Shown: piece after piece, positions 18,262 to 26,753 of the stretch | How the letters are laid out: each line of letters opens with the position of its first letter | How positions within the stretch are numbered: the stretch's first letter is position 1 | NCBI GenBank assembly: GCA_902770735.1 | Contig: CACXUB010000001.1 | Location: forward strand, 4,687 to 68,686 | Source of the DNA: an uncultured Bacteroidota bacterium | Lineage (GTDB): Bacteria > Bacteroidota > Bacteroidia > Bacteroidales > WCHB1-69 | Length of the DNA stretch: 64,000 nucleotides | Reading direction: 5' to 3' | Notes under the pieces: generated by a model | The model's input: the letters and a program-made list of their open reading frames with translations, nothing else | What the model was told of the DNA's origin: nothing | The model's database searches: none | Translations under genes and position numbers: made by a program

Positions 18262-18746
18262 TTTTGTCTTATTAAGGTTTGGAAATATAAATCGTAAGCG
18301 TTTTTTTCGTCTTTCGGCACGAATTCGGATTCCACAATCTTCCACTCTTTTTCGTCGATTTCGGGGAACCAGACGTCGGCAGTGAATTCAGAGACTATGC
18401 GGGTGAGGTAAAGTTTATCGGCGTGGGGCAGGAAAAGTCGGTACATGGTGGCGCCGCCCATCACGAAGGCTTCCTCGTCGTCGGCCACGAGCTTGAGCGC
18501 GGCGTCAATGGAGTGCACCGTTTCGACCCCTTCGAACTCGATGTCTTCGAGGGTGATGACGATGTTCCGGCGGTTCGGCAGGGGCTTCTTGGGCAGCGAG
18601 TCCCACGTGCGGTCGCCCATCAGCACCGTGTGTCCGGAGGTGATTTCCTTGAAATGTTTCAAATCCACGGGCAGATGGCACAGCAGCTGGTTCTGGTAAC
18701 CCAGCTCCAACCGTTGACCCACAGCCGCAATCATACTTATACTCAT
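18258..18746 (-). CDS. folA: Dihydrofolate reductase
   Basis: MSISMIAAVGQRLELGYQNQLLCHLPVDLKHFKEITSGHTVLMGDRTWDSLP... A TATCTTTG box lies just upstream of ATG 18746. Confidence 0.9.
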   Translation of the reverse strand: MSISMIAAVGQRLELGYQNQLLCHLPVDLKHFKEITSGHTVLMGDRTWDSLPKKPLPNRRNIVITLEDIEFEGVETVHSIDAALKLVADDEEAFVMGGATMYRLFLPHADKLYLTRIVSEFTADVWFPEIDEKEWKIVESEFVPKDEKNAYDLYFQTLIRQK

Positions 18747-18863
18747 AATACGTAATTTTGCGCAAAGATACGATTGTCGCGGGGACAACCATTCGCTTTC
18801 GGAGAATTTTATTAACGCGACGTTGTTCGTAGAGACGTGCCATGGCGTGTCCCTACATCTACG

Positions 18864-19877
18864 TCACGGATACAACACATACATTTTCCGTACCATGTCC
18901 CGCATCGTTTTGACGGCGGCCTCGGGCGCGAGGATTTTGACACCCGGCCCGAAAGAGAGGATCTGCGCGTAAAATTCCACATTCAACACCACTTTGATTT
19001 CGAAAATCACCTTCCCCGTGTCCTCGTCGCGTTCCAAAACCATCTGCGATGCATGTAACGGCTTGGTTTCCACGTAAGGCGCCTGATCTTTGTCGGCCTC
19101 GAAACGAACCGTCGCCAAAGGGGTTTTGCGCGTCTTGGTCACCCCAATCACATCCTTGAAAAAAGTGCGGCTGTCAAAGCCTTTCTTTTCGACAAATTGC
19201 TCATTATCGGCTGGTTCAATTCCTTTGATTCGGTCCAAAGCCATCGTCAGCAATTTTCCGTCGCGATGCCGCATGCCGAGCAAAAACCAACGGTTCCGAT
19301 ACTCTTTCAGCAAGTAGGGCGAAACCGTCCATGTTTTGGTTTCCAGGGACGTAAAAGACTGATAATGAACATTTATGACTTGCTTTCTGGAAATATAGTT
19401 GTACAAAGGGTTGAGGTATTTCAGTCCGATGAGGTTGCTGTTCCGCTCGAAATCCACTATGGGCTTGCGATTCGACTTGGAAACGGCCAACTGGTCCTGC
19501 ATTCGGTTGACCACATCGCTCATCTCCGTGAAGAAGTCGAAATCCTGAAACTGCCGCAACATGCCCACAGCCTCCTGCATCATCTCGTAATCCCGCTGTG
19601 ACAACGGCAAATTGGTGATGGAGTAGTCGGGATCGGCATAACGGTAGTACTTCTGTTCATAAACCTCAATCGGGGCGTTGTATCCATAGCGGTCGCTGCG
19701 CATCATCTGCAAATCCAGTTGAACCGTCCGTTTGGAGATGTTCCCGACCCCTTCATAGTCGTACAGCGCTTCGGAGCAGGCATCTACCAGCATGTCCAAA
19801 GTCCACCGCTTGCACCGGTTGCGCAAACAGTTGTCTATGGTCTTATATCGGATCAGTGCATTTTTTGTTAAAGGCAT
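18864..19877 (-). CDS. WYL-domain transcriptional regulator (HTH-WYL)
   Basis: ORF trimmed to MPLTKNALIRYKTIDNCLRN... (338 aa). WYL core SPYLLKEYRNRWFLLGMRHRDGKLLTMALDRIKGI. Divergent from rtcB. Confidence 0.82.
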   Translation of the reverse strand: MPLTKNALIRYKTIDNCLRNRCKRWTLDMLVDACSEALYDYEGVGNISKRTVQLDLQMMRSDRYGYNAPIEVYEQKYYRYADPDYSITNLPLSQRDYEMMQEAVGMLRQFQDFDFFTEMSDVVNRMQDQLAVSKSNRKPIVDFERNSNLIGLKYLNPLYNYISRKQVINVHYQSFTSLETKTWTVSPYLLKEYRNRWFLLGMRHRDGKLLTMALDRIKGIEPADNEQFVEKKGFDSRTFFKDVIGVTKTRKTPLATVRFEADKDQAPYVETKPLHASQMVLERDEDTGKVIFEIKVVLNVEFYAQILSFGPGVKILAPEAAVKTMRDMVRKMYVLYP

Positions 19878-19930
19878 ATTACTAATATTCAGAATGTTAT
19901 AAACTTCGTCAAAGAAAAAAATCACTTTTG

Positions 19931-19938
19931 CAAAAATA
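19931..19938 (-). promoter_or_regulatory. -7 promoter box (TATTTTTG on the minus strand) for the WYL regulator
   Basis: The plus strand reads caaaaata. It lies about 54 nt upstream of ATG 19877. Confidence 0.5.
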
Positions 19939-19946
19939 ATTTTTTT

Positions 19947-19969
19947 ACTACGCAAAAAGATTGCGTAGT
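19947..19969. promoter_or_regulatory. Perfect 9-bp inverted repeat (candidate operator) between divergent promoters
   Basis: ACTACGCAA-aaaga-TTGCGTAGT, lying between the two -7 boxes at 19931-38 and 19977-84. Confidence 0.55.
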
Positions 19970-19976
19970 GGGGTTT

Positions 19977-19984
19977 TATTTTTG
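19977..19984 (+). promoter_or_regulatory. -7 promoter box (TATTTTTG) facing rtcB
   Basis: TAnnTTTG match about 114 nt upstream of ATG 20098. The leader contains the TAAGTC array. Confidence 0.45.
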
Positions 19985-20039
19985 CCGCCGAATTTAAAAG
20001 TGAAACGTTTCCACCTAAATTCAAAAACAAAAATGAGCT

Positions 20040-20083
20040 TAGTCTAGGTCTAAGTCTAAGTTTAAGTTTAAGTCTAAGTCTAA
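20040..20083. repeat. Hexamer array (TAAGTY)n upstream of rtcB
   Basis: tagtctaggtctaagtctaagtttaagtttaagtctaagtctaa. Confidence 0.9.
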
Positions 20084-20097
20084 AAATTATCGGAATT

Positions 20098-21270
20098 ATG
20101 AAAGAATTTATGATTGAAAACACACCGGTCAAGATGTGGGCGTCCGTATGTGACGTGAAGGCCTGGAGAGAGATTTCGAACTTGTGCAGTCTGCCGTTTC
20201 TTTTCCATCATCTCGCGCTGATGCCGGATGTACACGGCGGTGTGGGGATGCCCATCGGGGCAGTGTTGGCCACGAAAGGGGTGGTCATCCCCAATGCGGT
20301 CGGGGTTGACATCGGTTGCGGAATGTGCGCGGTGAAGAGTTCGCTCCGTGTGGAGGATCTTCCGCAGGAGACGCTGCGCAAGGTCATCATGCGCAATATC
20401 CGCAAGCGCATCCCAGTGGGTATGGAGCATCACAAAACCGCTCAGGATGAAGCACTTATGCCGCAAGATTTCGACATCGAGCAGACGACAGTGGTGAAAC
20501 GTCAGTATGTGGCCGCCACCAAGCAGATCGGCACGCTGGGCGGTGGCAACCATTTCATCGAATTACAGCGCGACGAGGAGGGCTTTGTCTGGATTATGCT
20601 GCATTCCGGATCCCGAAATTTGGGCAAGCAGGTGTGCGACTACTACGACAAGCTCGCCCGCCAGCTGAACGAGCGATGGTTTTCCACCGTCGATCCAGCG
20701 ATGGAGCTTTCGTTCCTGCCGGTGAGGAGCCCCGAGTTCCACCAATATTGGGCGGAAATGCAGTATTGCGTGGCATTCGCGTTAGCCAACCGTTCGCTGA
20801 TGATGCAGCGCATTATGGAAATTTTGCAAGATGCTTATCCGGACATCACGTTCGAGCCGATGATCAACATCGCGCACAACTACGCCGCGTGGGAGAACCA
20901 TTTCGGGGAGAATGTGATCGTGCACCGCAAGGGAGCCACCCGTGCCCGAGTCGGCGAGGTGGGCATCATCCCCGGGTCGCAGGGAACTTGCTCCTACATT
21001 GTGGAGGGCTTGGGCAACGAGAACAGTTTCCTGAGTTGTTCGCACGGTGCCGGACGACTGATGAGCCGTACGGAAGCACAGAACACCATCGACTTGCAGG
21101 CGGAAATCGCCTTCCTCGACGCGCAGAACATCGTCCACGGCATCCGAACCCGCAGCGACCTCGACGAGGCACCTTCAGCGTACAAAAACATCGACGAGGT
21201 GCTGGCGCAGGAGTCCGACCTCGTGAAAATCCTGACCAAGCTGCACCCCATCGCCGTCATCAAAGGATAA
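20098..21270 (+). CDS. rtcB: RNA 3'-phosphate ligase RtcB
   Basis: 390 aa. Motifs MPDVHGGVGMPIG, GGGNHFIEL, HSGSRNLG, HRKGAT and SCSHGAGR. Confidence 0.92.
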   Translation: MKEFMIENTPVKMWASVCDVKAWREISNLCSLPFLFHHLALMPDVHGGVGMPIGAVLATKGVVIPNAVGVDIGCGMCAVKSSLRVEDLPQETLRKVIMRNIRKRIPVGMEHHKTAQDEALMPQDFDIEQTTVVKRQYVAATKQIGTLGGGNHFIELQRDEEGFVWIMLHSGSRNLGKQVCDYYDKLARQLNERWFSTVDPAMELSFLPVRSPEFHQYWAEMQYCVAFALANRSLMMQRIMEILQDAYPDITFEPMINIAHNYAAWENHFGENVIVHRKGATRARVGEVGIIPGSQGTCSYIVEGLGNENSFLSCSHGAGRLMSRTEAQNTIDLQAEIAFLDAQNIVHGIRTRSDLDEAPSAYKNIDEVLAQESDLVKILTKLHPIAVIKG

Positions 21271-21304
21271 GGCTGTCCGTCTGAGCTATGGTGGAAGGAG
21301 GAAA

Positions 21305-21397
21305 GCTAACAGCCAACAGCCAAAGTCTATGTCTAAGTCTTAAGTCTAAGTCTTAAGTCTAAGTCTTAAGTCTTAAGTCTATGTCTAAGTCTAAGTC
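21305..21397. repeat. GCTAACAGCC motif followed by a long (TAAGTC/TTAAGTC)n array downstream of rtcB
   Basis: gctaacagccaacagccaa + agtctatgtctaagtcttaagtctaagtcttaagtctaagtcttaagtcttaagtctatgtctaagtctaagtc. Same orientation as the array at 20040. Confidence 0.9.
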
Positions 21398-21426
21398 GTA
21401 GTGGAATTTTGGTCCGGTCGCGCGAA

Positions 21427-21456
21427 CTGCTCACTATTCACTACTCACAGTTCACC
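21427..21456. repeat. TCACT-family oligomer block upstream of the smpB promoter
   Basis: The 16-mer ctgctcactattcact is identical to 25328-25343. Confidence 0.85.
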
Positions 21457-21490
21457 AAAAAAACGTATCTTTGCCGCCGATTAAAACACT

Positions 21491-21946
21491 ATGGGCAAGA
21501 GAAAACAGGACACTCAGATCGCGATCAAGAACAGGAAGGCGGAATTCCTCTACTATCTGCATACTTCCTACACGGCGGGCATTGTGCTGACCGGCACGGA
21601 GATCAAATCCATCCGGGCGGGGCGCGCCAACATTACCGATGCTTATTGTTCGTTCATTAACAACGAGTTATGGGTTCACAACATGCACATCAGCGAGTAT
21701 GCGCAGGGCAGCTACAACAACCACCAGCCCAAGCGCGACCGCAAGTTGCTGCTCCAGCGCAGGGAGATGCGCAAGCTGATGACCAAGCTCAACGAACGCG
21801 GCTTCACCATCATCCCCACTTTGCTGTGGATCAACGAGAACGGGTACGCCAAGCTCGACATCTGCTTGGCCAAGGGTAAGAAAATGTACGACAAACGCGA
21901 AACCATCAAGGAGCGCGACCAGCGTCGCCGCACCGACGAAGAATAA
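21491..21946 (+). CDS. smpB: SsrA-binding protein SmpB
   Basis: 151 aa. [11 protein letters not shown]...[33 protein letters not shown] box lies upstream. Confidence 0.92.
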   Translation: MGKRKQDTQIAIKNRKAEFLYYLHTSYTAGIVLTGTEIKSIRAGRANITDAYCSFINNELWVHNMHISEYAQGSYNNHQPKRDRKLLLQRREMRKLMTKLNERGFTIIPTLLWINENGYAKLDICLAKGKKMYDKRETIKERDQRRRTDEE

Positions 21947-21951
21947 CCGCC

Positions 21952-22320
21952 ATGGAAGAGAACCTGCCCATCACCGACACGTTGCCCGAGTCCATCGCGT
22001 CCCAGGAGAAAATCTGGTACGGCATCGGCGAAACCGCTGAGGCATTGGGTGTTCCCGCCTCCACGCTGAGGTTTTGGGAGAAGGAGTTCGACATGATCAA
22101 GCCGCGCAAGAACAGAAAAGGTGACCGTTTCTATTCCAAAAACGACATCGCCATCCTGCGCACCATCCAGTATCTCACCAAGGTGAAAGGCTTTACCCTC
22201 CAAGGCGCGAAAACCGCCATCAAGAACAACTTCATGAAAGAGGCCGAAACCGCCGCCATCGTCACCACGCTGACGCAGATTAGGGATAAATTGTTGGAAA
22301 TCAAAACATTATTAAAATAG
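21952..22320 (+). CDS. MerR-family transcriptional regulator
   Basis: WYGIGETAEALGVPASTLRFWEKEFDMIKPRKNRKGDRFYSKNDI. Starts 5 nt after the smpB stop. Confidence 0.8.
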   Translation: MEENLPITDTLPESIASQEKIWYGIGETAEALGVPASTLRFWEKEFDMIKPRKNRKGDRFYSKNDIAILRTIQYLTKVKGFTLQGAKTAIKNNFMKEAETAAIVTTLTQIRDKLLEIKTLLK

Positions 22321-22456
22321 ACGTAAGACGTTTGACGTAAGACGTTGGGATTTTACGTCTGTTATTTGCGGATCGTTTTACCATCCTTCGTTTTTCACCC
22401 TTCGTTTTACAACAATTTCTCACGTCACACGTCACACGTCTTACGTCTTACGTCTA
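22318..22456. repeat. Inverted pair of ACGTCTTACGTC-type arrays spanning the convergent-gene gap
   Basis: tagacgtaagacgt (22318-22331) is the exact reverse complement of acgtcttacgtcta (22443-22456). Each arm starts on the stop codon of the adjacent gene. Confidence 0.9.
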
Positions 22457-23682
22457 TAATACAAGGTATTCCCGCACTCCCTCTTGAACATCGTCTCCGT
22501 AATCCGTCGTATATCATTCTCGGTCACGGCGAAATAGCCTGTGCGCTCGTCGGCGAAATCCTCCGCACGACTGTAGAACTCGCCCGTGGCGAGGGTGTTG
22601 GCGCGATCCTCCACTTTCAGATTCCGTTCCAAAATGATGGACTCGGCATTGTTCTTTACCTTCTGTAAATCGTAGGATAGCTTATTATCAAACTGAAAAT
22701 CAACGAGATATTTTGTTAATTGTTCGTCGGCTTGTTCGATGGTGATTCCTTCGGCGGGGCGACCGTTGATGAAAAACAGGCCCTTGTCGGCAGAGCCGGA
22801 CACCGAGGCGGAAATGTCGGTGAAGAGGCGCTCTTCTACCACGAATTTCCGGTAGAGGTAAGAACTTTGTCCGGTGCCGAGGATGTCGGAGAGCAGGTCG
22901 TAGGCGCAGTAGTCGGCGTCGGTGCGGGCGGGCATCAGCCAACTCTTGAAGAGCATGTCGTCGGGGACGGGCTTTTCCACCACCTTCAAACGGTTTTCCT
23001 TTGAGGGGGACTCCTGAGGGTAGCGGTGGGGGTTCTGCCTTCCAGGCAGAATGTCCCCGAACCACTTGTCCGCCATCGCGAAAATCTCCTCGGCATGGAC
23101 GTTGCCCGCCACCACGAGGATGGCGTTGGCCGGACAGTAGAACGTGTCGTGGAAACGGCGGATGATGTTCATGTCAACTTGCTCGATATGAGACAGTTCC
23201 TTGCCGATGGAAAGCCACTGGTAGGGATGGTACTGATAGCTCAGTCCGTACATTTGCATCATCAGGTCGCCGTAGGGTTGGTTGAGGCAGGTCTCCTTGA
23301 ACTCTTCCATCACCACCTGCTTCTGCACGTCGAGGCCCTGCTGGTTGAAGGAGAGGGCGGCCATGCGGTCGGACTCGAGCCAAAGAGCGGTCTCTATGTT
23401 GTTGGCCGGCAACACGATATAATAGCAAGTGAGGTCCTGCGAGGTATAAGCGTTGTTGATGCCCCCCACCTTTTGGAGAGCGAGGTCGAAGTCGGGCGCG
23501 TGGTCGGAACCGCTGAACATGAAGTGTTCCATCAGATGGGCGAGACCGGTGCAATCGGGATTTTCGTCGCGCGAGCCCACGCGATAGACGATGGTGCAGG
23601 AGGCCAGCGGGGTGGTGCGGTCTTCGTGTACCAGCACGTGCAACCCGTTGGGGAGGATTTGTCGGATGAAGGGTATTGCCAT
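22441..23682 (-). CDS. M16 (insulinase/pitrilysin) family zinc peptidase
   Basis: ORF trimmed to MAIPFIRQILPNGLHVLVHED. HxxEH motif in GLAHLMEHFMFSG. A TACTTTTG box lies upstream. Confidence 0.88.
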   Translation of the reverse strand: MAIPFIRQILPNGLHVLVHEDRTTPLASCTIVYRVGSRDENPDCTGLAHLMEHFMFSGSDHAPDFDLALQKVGGINNAYTSQDLTCYYIVLPANNIETALWLESDRMAALSFNQQGLDVQKQVVMEEFKETCLNQPYGDLMMQMYGLSYQYHPYQWLSIGKELSHIEQVDMNIIRRFHDTFYCPANAILVVAGNVHAEEIFAMADKWFGDILPGRQNPHRYPQESPSKENRLKVVEKPVPDDMLFKSWLMPARTDADYCAYDLLSDILGTGQSSYLYRKFVVEERLFTDISASVSGSADKGLFFINGRPAEGITIEQADEQLTKYLVDFQFDNKLSYDLQKVKNNAESIILERNLKVEDRANTLATGEFYSRAEDFADERTGYFAVTENDIRRITETMFKRECGNTLYYRRKT

Positions 23683-23718
23683 ATCGTTTGTCAATTTTCG
23701 GCGGCAAAAGTACGATTT

Positions 23719-23752
23719 AATTATGAATGCTGAATGCTGAATTATGAATTGA
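23719..23752. repeat. Oligomer block (AATTATGAAT / GCTGAAT units)
   Basis: aattatgaatgctgaatgctgaattatgaattga, located immediately 5' of the M16 peptidase promoter. Confidence 0.8.
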
Positions 23753-23984
23753 AAAAGCGGCGGATGGCGTGTTTTCTTCCTAAAAAGCGGCCACAAAAGG
23801 GTATGCCGTTTCTCAAAATCCTTAGAAACGACATTGATTCACAACGAAAAAGAAAAGTATATAACATTGACAACCAGTTGTTTACAAGAGAAAAAGGTGT
23901 CTGACGGAAAATAATTTGAAAAAAAATGCCGGAGTGGTGTACGATATCAAAAAAAGTGTATTTTTGCGCCATCAAAAACGGAAC

Positions 23985-24058
23985 GCTTCCTTAGCTCAGT
24001 TGGTTAGAGCATCTGACTGTTAATCAGAGGGTCCAAGGTTCAAGTCCTTGAGGGAGCG
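23985..24058 (+). tRNA. tRNA-Asn (anticodon GTT)
   Basis: The cloverleaf folds by hand. Acceptor gcttcct/agggagc (one G-U pair), anticodon loop CTGTTAA, T-arm caagg-ttcaagt-ccttg. No encoded CCA. Confidence 0.9.
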
Positions 24059-24066
24059 CAAAAAAA

Positions 24067-24097
24067 GAAAGCATCGATATCGATGCTTTCTTTTTTT
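24067..24097. terminator. Bidirectional terminator (perfect 24-nt palindrome)
   Basis: gaaagcatcgat/atcgatgctttc flanked by an A-run and a T-run. It serves tRNA-Asn (+) and prfA (-). Confidence 0.8.
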
Positions 24098-24130
24098 ATT
24101 CCATTTCACGTTCCATATCAGGGAAACCTG

Positions 24131-25210
<1,080 letters not shown>

Positions 25211-25270
25211 ATATAAGCCTTTCTGTCTTTTCTATTTAAGACCGCAAAGATACACTTTCTTTGGAAATGT

Positions 25271-25350
25271 TGAGTGGTGATTAGTGATGAGTGATTTGTG
25301 AATGGAACCCTTACAAATCACTGTTCACTGCTCACTATTCACTGTTCACT
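25271..25350. repeat. Imperfect inverted pair of GTGATT / TCACT oligomer blocks
   Basis: tgagtggtgattagtgatgagtgatttgtgaatgg ... caaatcactgttcactgctcactattcactgttcact. Confidence 0.85.
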
Positions 25351-25385
25351 AAAAAATCGTACTTTTGCCGCCAATTTACAACGGT

Positions 25386-26462
25386 ATGCTGAGATACATC
25401 GTCAAAAAGATCGGTTACGGGCTGCTGCTGATGCTCGGGGTGACGACACTCGTGTTCTTCCTGTTCACGGTGCTGCCGTCCGACCCGGCACGCATGATCA
25501 TGGGTCAGCGCAGCGATTTGGAGACCGAAGAGGCCATCCGCAAGGAGATGGGCCTCAACCTGCCCCTCGGGGTGCAGTATCTCGCCTACCTCAACGATGT
25601 GTCGCCGATTTCCTGGCACAAAACCGACGACGCGAGCTCTTTTTTCTACCTCAATGACGACAACTACCACTATGTCAAGCTGATACCGATGAAAAAGTCG
25701 GCTATCGTGCTGAAAGCGCCATACTTACGAAGATCGTACCAGAGCAAGCGTCCCGTGACGGAAATCATCGGCGAGGCGTTTCCGAAAACCGTGTTGTTGG
25801 CGGTGGTCTCCATCGTCTTCGCCCTCATCGTGGGCATTATCATCGGCATCTTCTGCGCCCTGAAGAAGGGAACCTGGTTCGACAAAAGCGCCTTGGTGGT
25901 CTCGGTGTTGGGCATGTCGGTGCCGTCGTTCTTCGCGGCCATCCTCTTCGCGTGGGTCTTCGCCTTCCTGTTGGCCGACTACACCGGACTCAACATGTTC
26001 GGCAGTTTATACACCGTAGATGACTATGGTTCAGGACAATACGTCAACCTCAAGAACCTGATTTTGCCTGCGCTGACGTTGGGCATCCGACCGTTGGCGG
26101 TGGTCATCGAGCTGACGAAAAACTCGCTGCTGGACGTGCTGTCGCAGGACTACATCCGCACGGCGAAGGCGAAAGGCTTGGCACGGAAGACCATCATCGT
26201 GAAGCACGCGCTGAAAAATGCTCTGAACCCAGTGGTGACGGCCATCTCGGGTTGGTTGGCCGGATTGTTGGCCGGCGCAGTCTTCGTGGAGTACATTTTC
26301 GACTGGAAGGGCATGGGCGTGGTCATCCTCGACGGCCTCGACAAATACGACTTTCCCGTGGTGATGGGCTCGCTGCTGTATGTTTCCATTATTTTGGTGA
26401 TTATCAATATTGTATGTGATATTATCTACGGTTGGTTAGACCCGAGGGTGAGCCTGAACTGA
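25386..26462 (+). CDS. ABC transporter permease (DppB/OppB-type)
   Basis: ORF trimmed to MLRYIVKKIGYG. Six TM segments and an EAA-like loop ..YIRTAKAKGL.. No partner ABC genes are adjacent. Confidence 0.85.
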   Translation: MLRYIVKKIGYGLLLMLGVTTLVFFLFTVLPSDPARMIMGQRSDLETEEAIRKEMGLNLPLGVQYLAYLNDVSPISWHKTDDASSFFYLNDDNYHYVKLIPMKKSAIVLKAPYLRRSYQSKRPVTEIIGEAFPKTVLLAVVSIVFALIVGIIIGIFCALKKGTWFDKSALVVSVLGMSVPSFFAAILFAWVFAFLLADYTGLNMFGSLYTVDDYGSGQYVNLKNLILPALTLGIRPLAVVIELTKNSLLDVLSQDYIRTAKAKGLARKTIIVKHALKNALNPVVTAISGWLAGLLAGAVFVEYIFDWKGMGVVILDGLDKYDFPVVMGSLLYVSIILVIINIVCDIIYGWLDPRVSLN

Positions 26463-26753
26463 ACCTATTTTTTTCGGCAAATTTTTTTCTTCAAGAATAA
26501 GTCGCTAATAATCAATTCGAAAAAAATATTAACGGCTTTTTGTTAATAAATATCGTCATCGGGAAGAGTGAAAATCCGTTACAAATTTCTATTTTAGCAA
26601 CCTTGAAACAGAAGTTTCGTTTTCTTTTTAGAACTCTGATTCTCAATTATATAACAAAAATGATGATGGATGAAAAAGGGAACGCTGCTCATGTTTTCAG
26701 AAAAACGGGTGAAAACCCGCATTGAATTTGCCAAACCAAAAACCGCCGTAAAT

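Noticed and set aside
18864-20132. N-terminally extended versions of several ORFs from the six-frame track: 18864..20132, 36275..37792, 48897..50144, 22441..23796, 40485..41819, 4955..6439, 147..1886 and 17707..18345.
   Set aside because: The extensions translate oligomer arrays or AT-rich spacers into low-complexity peptide. They run across promoters or even tRNA-Trp. An internal ATG with a TAnnTTTG box 15-60 nt upstream gives a protein of the expected family length.
26540-26753. Possible cobalamin riboswitch upstream of nrdJ. The segments gggaagagtgaaaatccg at about 26571 and gggaac...cgggtgaaaacccg at about 26683-26719 resemble the GGGAA...GGTGAAAATCC core.
   Set aside because: No B12 box (GCCACTG-like) or closing helices could be found. 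A TGAATTTG promoter box sits only 25 nt before ATG 26754, so most of this region is probably not in the leader. B12 riboswitches normally control B12-independent RNRs, not nrdJ. A covariance-model scan (Rfam RF00174) would settle it.
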